Part shown: positions 50,371-60,496 of the stretch, one piece after another
Layout of the letters: every line of letters starts with the position of its first letter
Numbering within the stretch: position 1 is the stretch's first letter
Assembly (NCBI GenBank): GCA_010356995.1
Contig: ML996705.1
Coordinates: 558,001 to 622,000 of the forward strand
Reading direction: 5' to 3'
Source: Trichodelitschia bisporula
Taxonomy: Eukaryota
DNA length: 64,000 nt
Made by a program: the position numbers and the translations under genes
The notes under the pieces: model-generated
Told to the model about the DNA's origin: nothing
The model's input: only the letters and a program-made list of their open reading frames with translations
Databases searched by the model: none

Positions 50371-50416
<46 letters not shown>
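50371..50416. repeat. Poly-C/poly-G homopolymer, about 46 nt
   Basis: Uninterrupted C run on the plus strand. Confidence 0.9.
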
Positions 50417-50419
<3 letters not shown>

Positions 50420-50619
50420 ATTCCCCTCCCTTCCACCTGATGCATGCTTGCGCAGCGAGGGCGTAGCACAACAGTAAAAACTACCATTCAACCCACATAC
50501 ACAACCCCAAACGCCTTATCCCTTCCCAAGCAAAGGAGCATGCTAGATTCCCAACTCCGCTTTTGATCCATTCGGCAGCCGCATTCCCTTCTCCTGCACA
50601 AACACACACCGTCCCGAAC

Positions 50620-52529
50620 TCACACATACTCCGGCCAATAATTATACGGCATCAAAGCAGGGCCCCTCCAGCGCTCCCCATACGGGTTCACCCTCTGCCC
50701 CGCAAAGAACCCATCGTGCGCGTGCTCGATGACGGCCATCCAGGAGGAGGGCTCGGGGTGCTTCAACCACTGCGACCACATTAGCCCCTCTTCTCAAAGC
50801 TTCAAACGCAGCACCCCAAAAGGGCAGAAGCGCAACGTACCTGGTTATGCACATGATAACTCCAACTCCCCCTATAGAAATTCTCCAACGTCCGATTATT
50901 CGCCGGGAACTTATCCTCGCTCACCACATACTCTCCAATCGCCCCCGCGCGCCGCAGCTCCGCCTCCTCAGCACTCGTCGCCGCGAACGAGTCCGTAGGC
51001 TCCGGTTCCGGGGCGGTAGGTGGATTCGCCCCCCTCCTCCTAAGCCCGACGCGCGTCGGCTCGTGTTCCGTCTCAACCGGGGGATCATAACTCTCCCACT
51101 CATCCTTGACACTCCCGACCTTGCCCTTAAACGCCGCGCCATAGTCGCGCAAACAAGGCACCGTACACCGCCCCTCGCGATCCCAATTAAACTCCGTCCA
51201 GAGCGGATCGAACACCGCCGTTTCGAGCATGAGCAATTCCCCATCACGGCCATCCTTCCACGCCATTCTCCCAACAACCCTAGGATGGAAGTTCACGCCC
51301 ATGCGCACGCCCCCGCGCAGCAGGTAACTCGACAAGCTCGAATTGGCAGAAAGGGACAGCACAGCCGTGTTATAATCCCCCGGATGACTATGCGCCGCCC
51401 AGCGCTCCGCAAACGCATGTTCTCGCGGCAGCAGCAGCGGGCGCATATCCCTCAGCAGTAGCACATCCATGTCGAAATACGCGCCGCCATGCAAGTGCAG
51501 AACCACGAAGCGCACGGCGTCGGAAACGGCCTGCGGGAGGAAGGTCATTTGCTTGGGCGTGAGGACGAGCCACTGCTGCCCGGACGCATCCTCCACAATA
51601 CCGTCCGCGACAATAAGCTCGCCCTTTACATTCTTGCGCTGCGGCGCCTTGTAGTACCCGAGCCCGTCGGTATGATCCTGCCCCGCGGGGAGCGGGATCC
51701 GGGAGGGGAATTTCCACGTCCGGAGCACGACATCCCCTCTTTCAACCAGCGGTAGGAACCGCGCAAAGAGCGCATCCTTAGTGAGCATCTTCTCCACCGC
51801 GCCGGGGATGTTATCAGCATCGAGCCAGATGTTCAGCTGCGAGCAGGCGAGGTTCTGCGTGTACAGGTAGCTCTTGACGAAGATCTCGAGGCGCCACGTT
51901 GCGGGGCCGGTCCAGTATGTGTGGTAGGGGATGATGGGGCCGGGGCACGTGCCGCGGCTGGTTTTGTTCGGGGCGGCGTATGGCTCGTAGTGCGGGAGCG
52001 TGTTGGCGTGCCCGTCTGCGTTGGCGTATTCCGCGTTGTGCGGGTCCTGCGCCGAGGCGCGGTCGGCTGGGGGGGGGAGGTGGAAGTAGCGCTCGCCGCC
52101 TTCGGACAGGAACGTGAGGCAGGCGTGCACGTTGCGCATCTTCTCGAGCCCGGCATACGTGCCGCGGCATTCTTCGACGAGCAATTTCAAATCCGCCTCT
52201 GTATCCACATGCGGCCGGGGACCCAGGTAATCATCATGCGGGACGACGGCCGACTTCGGGCGATTAAACACATTCGCGTGCGGGTTTATCGTGACCGCAC
52301 TAGACGACGCGGCGAACTTGACCTTGACGCCGGCCTTGGTCGTCTTGAGTATGTCGGCTGGGCCTGATTTATCCAAAAAGGCGGGGATGCCGAGTTTGCC
52401 GCGGACGTTGGCGGGGCTGCGGGCGAGGATTATGATGCCGAGGATGAGGGCGTGGAGGAGGGCGGCGAACGTTAGGTTGCGGAGGAGGATGAGGATGTTG
52501 CGCAGCCGGGGGCGCGCGTCGGGGGACAT
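50620..52529 (-). CDS. GT32-like (DXD) glycosyltransferase, type II membrane protein; 2 exons
   Basis: N-terminal TM anchor; YHTYWTGP; SDAVRFVVLHLHGGAYFDMDVLLLRDMRPL. Intron 50770-50840 adds WLKHPEP..NPYGERW..WPEYV*. Confidence 0.85.
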
Positions 52530-53082
52530 GCTGTCATGCGAGGGGGGGGGTGGGCAGCGGGGGCTGCAAGATGGTTGTTTGGTGTGTGCGCTGCGAGACG
52601 TTGAATGCAGATGTTGTGAGATGTGGTCGCGTTGTCTAGCCGGAGGGATTGAGGATTGCGTGTGCTTGTTGTAATGGTGGTCGCCGTTTTGACTAGCGTG
52701 GAGGCGAGGGTGGAGAAGAGGAAGGGTTCGGTAGCGTGAGGCGAAGCGAAGCGACTTTTAGGGAGAGAGGAAGAGAGAAAGGGACCTGCGAGTTGGAGGG
52801 GTTGGAGGAGTTGGAGGGCTGCAGCGGCTGGCAGGGCCAAGCTCGTGGCTGGCTGCAAGCTGATGGAGGGCGGGCGAGGATTAGGTACAAAAAGTATGTA
52901 CGGCGTTGCGGATAAGAGTACGAAGTTGAGTGTCGCGGCGTGTCAGAGAGACGGGAGAGGGAAAGCTGATTAGCAAGAGAGCGTGTAACAGTAGCATAGA
53001 CAGAAGAAGGAGAGCAATTGGACTGCAAGAGTCTCGAATAAAGTGAGCTTAGGTCTCGTTTGAGGGAGTGAAGTACGAGAAG

Positions 53083-53112
53083 GAAGAAGAAGAAGAAGAA
53101 GAAGAAGAAGAA
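53083..53112. repeat. (GAA)n microsatellite
   Basis: About 10 GAA units. Confidence 0.9.
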
Positions 53113-53286
53113 GGAGAAGAAGAGGAGAGAGGAGAGGGACTGGGGAAAGTGAGGAGAAGGGGACGAGAGTTAGGGGGGGCGGAGTTGCGTGGGTGGTGGG
53201 CGAATTGAGAGTGGAGCGGAGCAGAGGAGTGGGGGCGGCCAGAGGAGAGGAGAGCCTTGGCTTTGGGGTTGGTCTCCTAAATTGGC

Positions 53287-53531
53287 AGGCAGCCAGGCAG
53301 CCAGGCAGCCAGGCAGCCAGGCACACTTGGCAAAAAGTCTTTGTTCCTTTTTATTTCTGGACTGCAGAGATGTGAAGATGTGACGACGTGACGATGTGAC
53401 GATGTGACGATGTGACGATGTTTCAACCTCCCGTCATAAGCTTCAACCACAACGCGATGAGATGGACAAACGGGACGGCAACGACGGCAAGATGGCCACG
53501 ACGGCTAGATGGCCACGACGGCAAGATGGCC
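53287..53531. repeat. Minisatellite cluster: (AGGCAGCC)4, (GATGTGAC) about 6.5 copies, 17-mer ACGACGGCAAGATGGCC x3
   Basis: Arrays at 53287-53318, 53369-53421 and 53481-53531. Confidence 0.88.
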
Positions 53532-53984
53532 ACGACGACAACGCCAACCTTATGCCTCTCTTTATCGCTCCCCGCCAACAACCCAGAAGTCATGCCCTCC
53601 ACACAGTATCGTCCAACCCGGTCACCCATCCCCCGTCCTCGCCGCCATCAGCAGGCCGAAAATCCGCCAGTCCCAGTCACAACCGCATCGCTTAGCCCCC
53701 CATCCCGTATTCTACTAACACGCGTACCCCACCGTCCACTTCGTATGAGCGGAGTATACTTCGTCCCAGATTCTGCCTTGCTTGTGCTCTGCGACAGAAA
53801 ATGCGGGGACGCGCACGCTATCGACGCGTCCAGCAAAGCGGCCGCAGCTAGCTTTATGTCCAACCGTGTGTGTGTGTGTGGATCACGGTATCCGACGTCA
53901 ACTGTCTGTGAGACGTGAGCGCCGTTGCAGCAGCGTCGCGACACAGCAGCGAAGCGCACAGTGACGGACATGGCAGGTCATCGC

Positions 53985-54156
53985 ATCCTCCCATCTCGGC
54001 GCTCTACTTAGAGAAGGCACACAGAGTGCTCGGCATATCACCCGTAGCACACTCGGATCCTGCACGATCCTCCCATCTCGGCGCTCTACTTAGAGAAGGC
54101 ACACAGAGTGCTCGGCATATCACCCGTAGCGCACTCGGATCCTGCGCGATCCTCCC
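53985..54156. repeat. 82-bp tandem duplication
   Basis: Copies start at 53985 and 54067 with two mismatches; ATCCTCCC recurs at 54149. Confidence 0.92.
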
Positions 54157-54711
54157 CCCAAATCCTCTCACTCTATCCTATCACCACCAATCCTTCGCAC
54201 ATGGAATAACCGCAACCTGCATACTGTCAAATCCCCTTGGCATAGATTGACCCTATCGCAGACTCTGACGTGCGATAATCCTCCGACCGCCCACTTATTG
54301 ATAAGAACATTCGGCCTGCGCAAACTGGGCATATGCAAGGCACGTCAGTTTCCCACACAACCAAACCTGCATGACGCTGTCCGCTCAACAAGGCACTTTG
54401 GCATACGACCAGTCTGGACCATGCACCATATTGCACCTTCATAACCTTAAATGGCCTCGACGCCCCATGGCGAAATTGCGTTCAATCAACACACCAAAGT
54501 CTAGCCGCGGCTAGCTATGCGAGTAGCAACGCCATCACGTGACCATTTCGATGGGAGCATCACCATCACGTGACGCCATTCAGAAGATCAGAAGGCTGAC
54601 ATTCAACTTCAAGCTTACTACACAGTACAAACTACAAAATCCCCCTCCAACAGCGAATCATTTACAAAAGTTTTTGACAGAAAAATATCCACCCCACACC
54701 AGACGACCCGC

Positions 54712-55236
54712 CTACTGCGCCTCCACCTCAGGCACCTCCTCCTCAACTTCCGGCTCAGCCGCCTCAACAGCCGGCTCATATGCGTCCTCAGCCTCATTCT
54801 CCGGCTCGGGCCGTTGCTGCTGCGGCCGTCCCTGCTGCGGGCGCCCCTGCTGCGGGCGCGGCTGATTCTGCCACTGCGGGCGCGGCTGGTTCTGCGGGCG
54901 CGGCTGGTTGCCGCTGCTCGGCCACGGGCGCACCTCGATGGTGACGCTGTCGTCGCTGTCGTCGTCGCGGCCGGGACGGCCCTGTTGAGGACGTCCCTGC
55001 TGGGGGCGGCCTTGCTGGGGACGACCTTGCTGGGGACGGCCTTGCTGCACGTACTCCTCGTCGTCGTCGTCGCGCGGTGCGCCGCCGCGGGGAGGACCGT
55101 TGCGCGGCGCGCCGCCGAAGCCGGCGAAGCCGCCGGGGCCGCCGAATTGGCGCGCCACGAGGGTGGAGGAGGACTCCGGGGCGGGGAGCGCGGTGGCGGC
55201 GCTGATGGCCAGGGCGAGGGCGAGGATGAAACGCAT
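54712..55236 (-). CDS. Secreted low-complexity protein with QQGRP and NQPRPQ repeats and acidic tail
   Basis: AAAATG start, signal MRFILALALAISAATA, propeptide LPAPE..LVAR, 15-nt repeats with synonymous variation. Confidence 0.85.
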   Translation of the reverse strand: MRFILALALAISAATALPAPESSSTLVARQFGGPGGFAGFGGAPRNGPPRGGAPRDDDDEEYVQQGRPQQGRPQQGRPQQGRPQQGRPGRDDDSDDSVTIEVRPWPSSGNQPRPQNQPRPQWQNQPRPQQGRPQQGRPQQQRPEPENEAEDAYEPAVEAAEPEVEEEVPEVEAQ

Positions 55237-56767
55237 TTTGCTGGTTGGTTTGAGGGTTGGGTGAATGAGTGGATTGGGTTGGATGAAAGAGTGTGGTGTT
55301 GTTGGTTGGTGAGTGTGGGTTATTGAGAGTGGGTGAGGGGGGTTTTATGTCGCTCGCTCTCAACGGTTTTGCGGTTGTGGAGTGAGGGGGCGACGTACAC
55401 TTACAGTGGCGAGCTTGCGTCCGTGAGAGGCTATTGTGGTTCCAGCTATTATTACTTCATTCCACGGACTGGGCGCTGCGCTTTCCACCTGTTGCGTGCG
55501 CGGGAGGGGGTGCGTGGCGCGTTCGCCAGAGTGTATTGCGCTGACGGCGGGTGTTAGATGAGGGGAACCAGTGGACGGGTTGGCGGGCGGCATATTGGGA
55601 TGGGGGATGGGGTGTGGGGTGGGTTGAGAGCGGGGAAGTGGCGACCTGTTTGCGTACGATGGTCAGTCAATGAGGTGAGAGAGGGGTCAAACCTCGTGCT
55701 CGGTTTCTCCGAAGGATACTTTCCGAGAGTACTTTCGGGATGGATGGAAGCAATCTGGTTCCTGACGCAATATCTGGTTCCTGACAAGCTCGCCACCCGT
55801 GCCTGGCGATGCCCTTCTTTCCTGGCACGCTGTTGCGCCCTGGCTTCTTCGCCTGTGCTCCGGCCGGGAGATCGTGTGTCGGCACAAGCTGGCGGGGAGT
55901 TCGGGTTTGGCGCGGCAGTGACTCGCTTTGCTGGAGTGTGAGGCCACAGAATGCATCTAATGCACCAAGTGTAAGCCGAATCCAGGTCCCAAATCTCGAG
56001 GTAATTCTTAACTCAACTCTTGACACCACGCAAAGCCTTTTGGCACCTCTTCGCTCTGCCCTACGACCAGGTACGCATTCCCGGATTTCCCGGGTCCGCC
56101 GCCGTGGCAATAACGCGGGAAAATGGTCTGGGCACGAGCGTGATATTGCTGCCGGTCTGGCCTCACCTCGACCCGGCGCACATGTCAGCCGCGTGGCCTG
56201 GCTAGAACTAGCCCTGCGGACGGAATTACGTGCGTGCCAGCATCTCCGCATATCGTGGCTGGGCCGGGGCTGGGCTTAATATCGACGTCGTGCCTCGCTC
56301 GCCTCCACCACGCGTCACACGAGAATAGTCCTCGCTCGGGAATTAGCCCACTCGTCTGGTTTCTATTCTGGTCTCGAAACACGCCACGCCATGGTGGTGA
56401 CATCGTGTACTTCGTGTTAGCGGCTCGTCTGTTTCTTCGATATGTATATGCCGACCTATGGCCCTGGATCGAGAGTTGTTCGGCGTCGGTGGTAGAGTGC
56501 CCAGGGTCTGGGCGCGGCCTCCGCGCGCACTGAGCGGATTAGGGTTCCGCGCTGTGCGGACAGCGGAAGCATTTCGGCTCGCTTGGTTAGCGGATGGAAA
56601 GTGAGAGGGGGATTGCGCGGATTTGTTTCACGCGGCCTTCTCCACATCGATCGGGCAAGCGGGTGGTGGGGGGAGGGGGGGGTATATATCCCGCCCTGCA
56701 CACGAAGCACGAAGCACCACCCACCACACACTCCCTTTCTACTACCAGCAAAGTCAGCGAAGTCAGA

Positions 56768-57494
56768 ATGAAACTCACTCTCCCCCTCCTCACTCTCTTC
56801 GCGTACGCACCTCTCTCTCTCTCTCTCTCTGTAGAACCCGACTAACCGAAGCAGCGCCCTCGCGGCCGCGCACGGCCCGGACGGAGATGACGACCACGCT
56901 CCTGCGCCGGTTCCTACAACGACTACGACGCCGGCCGTGGTTGTGAGGCGGCATGGCCCGGACGGCGATGATGATCACGCGCCGGTGCCTGCGCCGGTGA
57001 CGACGGCTACGCCCGCGGTTGTAGTGCGGCGACACGGGCCGGACGGCGACGACGACCATGCCCCTGCGCCTGTGCCCGCCCCCGCGAACACGACTACGCC
57101 GGCGGTTGTAGTGCGGCGACACGGGCCGGACGGCGATGATGATCATGCCCCTGCACCGGTGCCCGCCCCCGCGAATACGACTACGCCGGCGGTTGTTCGG
57201 CGGCACGGGCCGGACGGTGATGACGACCATGCCCCCGCTCCTGCGACTACGGCTACCCCGGCTGTGGTGGTACGGCGGCATGGGCCGGACGGCGATGATG
57301 ACCACGCTCCGGCGCCGGTGACACCGGCTACGCCCGCGGTTGTGCTCCCTGCGCCGGTGACGACGGCTACGCCTGCCGTGGTTGTGAGGAGGCACGGCCC
57401 GGATGGAGATGACGATCATGCTCCGGCGCCTGTGCCGGCGACGCCTGCGCCTGCGCCGATACCCACGACGCTGGTGCCTGTTGTGAGGCGCTGA
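56768..57494 (+). CDS. Secreted Kex2-processed repeat precursor (7 x HGPDGDDDH units separated by VVRR); 2 exons
   Basis: ATG 56768, intron 56803-56854 (GTACGC..ACTAAC..CAG), signal MKLTLPLLTLFAALAAA. The peptide core is invariant while codons vary synonymously. TATATA at about 56683. Confidence 0.88.
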
Positions 57495-58028
57495 AGGCCG
57501 GGATTGTGATGAGAAAAAAGGCGCGAAGGAACTGTAATACTGAAGTTTTGAAGTAGAAGACAAAGAGAGGAGAGGAAGAGAGGAAGAGACTTAAATACAC
57601 GATGCCGAGTATCCTCCTTTGCTCTTTCCCTCTGTCATGCGCTCATTAAATCGTGTCCCTCGATATGCCCCTTCCTGACATGACAATGCTCCTTTCATCT
57701 CCACAGCAGATTGAATGGGGAGGTCTGGTGGAGATAGATGGTGGGAGATGCTTGTTGAGGGTGGAGAACGGCGGAGAAGGTGACTGAAGCTTGAATGTGT
57801 CAGCCTGCATTCGACGATGTTGAGTTCGGGGATGCGCCTATTCCATCATACACGGCTTATGGGCTCGGCCCGCACTTTGGCTTCACGTTCCCGATGCCGT
57901 TACCTACGCCGCTTCGAGATAACCCGGACTCGCCGATATCGCAGGCTGCCCTGAGTGTATCTATTCATCCACAGCCCATCAGTTCGGCCACCTCAGCCTC
58001 TTATTCTCATCACCGCCTCCCCACCACC

Positions 58029-59044
58029 TCACTCCCACATCTGCCTAACATTCAAATTCACCCTCTTCCCCCCCATCCATCCCCTCCACGCCTCATACTC
58101 CGCCTCCCTCCCCGCCGGCCACTCCCCTAACTCTCTCGGACACGTCCCGGGCACCACCAGCGGAACCCCATGCCAGGCAAACCGCGCCGCACCCGTCATA
58201 TACACCGCATCGCCCGACCTCAACCTTACGGCGATAGCCTTATTCCCCTCGTCCCCCTCCTCGACCCCCACAACAAACACCCCCTCACACCCCACACTAA
58301 CACTCACCAGCCCCGCCCCACACTCCTCGCTCACATCCCGATGCAGACTCAGCGTATCCCCGGGGGAGTAGAAATTCACAATCGCAGCCTCGGGTCTAAG
58401 TGCGGGATACAAGCCCGTCAACAAAGCCGCGATATCGGGCGGGAAGGGAGGAGGTGGGGTGGAGGGGTAGCGCTTTGCGGTCCAGTCATATTGCCCGCCC
58501 AGCGTCACCCAGCGCAGTTTCTTGCGCAGAAACGTCCCGTACTGGAGCGGCTTGTGCAGACTCGCGTCGAGCGGGGGTAGAGGCGGGGCCGAGCGCGGCA
58601 AGGCGAAGAAGGAGGTCCCGCTGGAGGGGAGCGTGTAGTGTAGGTGTGTGTTTGTGCGGTGGACGGGGTTGGAGAGGTCCCGGTGGAGGAGGCGGGTGAG
58701 AAGGGTGGTTTGGATGGCGGGGGGGAGGAGGGAGGGGGTTATGTAGAGGCCTGGGATGTTAGCTGGGGCTATTAGACAGTAGATATTGGAATACCTGGTA
58801 CAGAGGGATGCTCCCACACCGGCGCATCATCCGTCTCCCCCGTCCAGTCCTCATCAAACGCACCGAAGACCTCGCGCAGCCGTGACCCCTCCACCGTGCC
58901 TACGCACCGCATCCCGTGCGCCTCGCCGCGGGGATCGACAACCAACTCATCGCGCTCCAGATCCTCGGCTGGCAGCTTCACATATCGTCGGTAAAGCTCC
59001 TTAAACGCATCGGGCGGCTTCGCGTGCGGATCGAGGTGTTCCAT
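58029..59044 (-). CDS. AlkB-family (ALKBH1-like) 2OG-Fe(II) dioxygenase; 2 exons
   Basis: LRWVTLGGQYDW, EAAIVNFYSPGDTLSLHRD (HxD), WHGVP, RVNLNVRQ. Intron 58751-58794. Confidence 0.92.
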
Positions 59045-59175
59045 AGTGCTTGTTCGCCGTTACGCGGAAATGTCGTGTGGCGCGGCGCGGCGATCTGCGC
59101 GGCCCGCAAACTCGGCGATCGATCCAGGGCAGGCCAACCGCGCCGAAACCTCACTTCAACCACAAATACACCACA

Positions 59176-60237
59176 ATGGCCACATCACGAATCGCGCGGC
59201 CGCTGGCCAGACGGCTCAATGCGCGCCATGTGCTATCTACGCAGGCGACTCCGCTCCGCGCGTTTTCCTATGCGCTTCCTGCGCGCTCAGAGCAGCCCCC
59301 GCGCACGACACACTTCGGCTTCGAAACCGTGCCAGAGGACGTAAAGCAATCGCGCGGTACGCTCCCCAATACCCCCCCCCTCATCCATCCCTCCTCCCTC
59401 CCTCTCACCTCCTACTAACCCCCCCCCCCAGTCGCCTCAGTCTTCTCCTCCGTCGCCACATCCTACGACACCATGAACGACCTGATGTCGCTGGGCATCC
59501 ACCGCCTCTGGAAAGATCACTTCGTGCGCGCCCTCGACCCAGGGATAAACCCGCTCATCGCAACCCCGGGCGCGCCTCCTTTATCCATCCTCGACGTCGC
59601 GGGCGGGACCGGGGATATCGCGTTCCGCCTCCTCGAGCACGCGGGTCGGGTACACGGGGATAATACCGCGCGGGTCATGGTTGCGGATATCAATCCCGAT
59701 ATGCTGGCCGAGGGGCGGCGGCGCGCGGCGGGTACGCCGTATCTAAGCCAAGGGAGGTTGGAGTTCGTGGAGGCGAATGCGGAGGTGCTGAGCATGGTCC
59801 CAGACGCGAGTGTGGATATTTACACCGTGGCCTTTGGGATCAGGAACTTCACGAACATCCGCAAGGCCCTGGCTGAAGCACACCGCATCCTGAAACCCGG
59901 GGGCGTGTTCGCATGCCTCGAGTTTAGTAAAGTGGGAAACCCGGTGTTGGATGCTGTGTACAAGAGGTGGAGTTTTGGGGCTATTCCGCTGATAGGACAG
60001 GTTGTTGCTGGGGATAGGAAGAGTTATCAGTATTTGGTGGAGAGTATTGAGAGGTTTCCGAGTCAGACGGAGTTTGCGGGGATGATTAAGGAGGGGGGTT
60101 TTTTGCTTCCTGAGGGGGGCGGGTGGGAGGATTTGAGCATGGGGATTGCGTGTGTGCATAAGGGGATTAAGCCCGTGGAGGAGAAGGTGAGGGCGGAGGA
60201 GCCGGTGAAAGCGGAGGTGCCGCCCGTCATGGCGTGA
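59176..60237 (+). CDS. COQ5: Ubiquinone biosynthesis C-methyltransferase, mitochondrial; 2 exons
   Basis: Presequence, THFGFETV, VFSSVATSYDTMNDLMSLGIHRLWKD, ILDVAGGTGDIAF, YQYLVESIERFP. Intron 59357-59431. Confidence 0.97.
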
Positions 60238-60496
60238 GGGACTGCGAAATGTAATCATATTCCACTGCACATGCGTTTGAACTTAGAAGCCCATCTATAT
60301 CCGCCCATCTAACCCAGCCCAAATCCCATACTAGAACTAAATGTCTCCAACATGAACTGCGCCCTACCGCCTACCTATGCTTTGAACGATGACCCATCAC
60401 GCCTTGCAACCAGCTCTGTGACACCCACGGAAACCCCTAAAAAGATCTCAAATTTTCCACCCCAAGACCCAACCAGATAACACCTAGCCAGAACCC

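Noticed and set aside
56860..57494. Repeat-spacer pattern resembling a CRISPR array
   Set aside because: Eukaryotic protein-coding repeats with synonymous variation and related spacers; no cas genes.
56768..60237. RiPP cluster formed by the KEP precursor plus neighbouring dioxygenase and methyltransferase
   Set aside because: The neighbours are housekeeping-type AlkB and COQ5; no DUF3328/UstY oxidase or transporter seen in the window.
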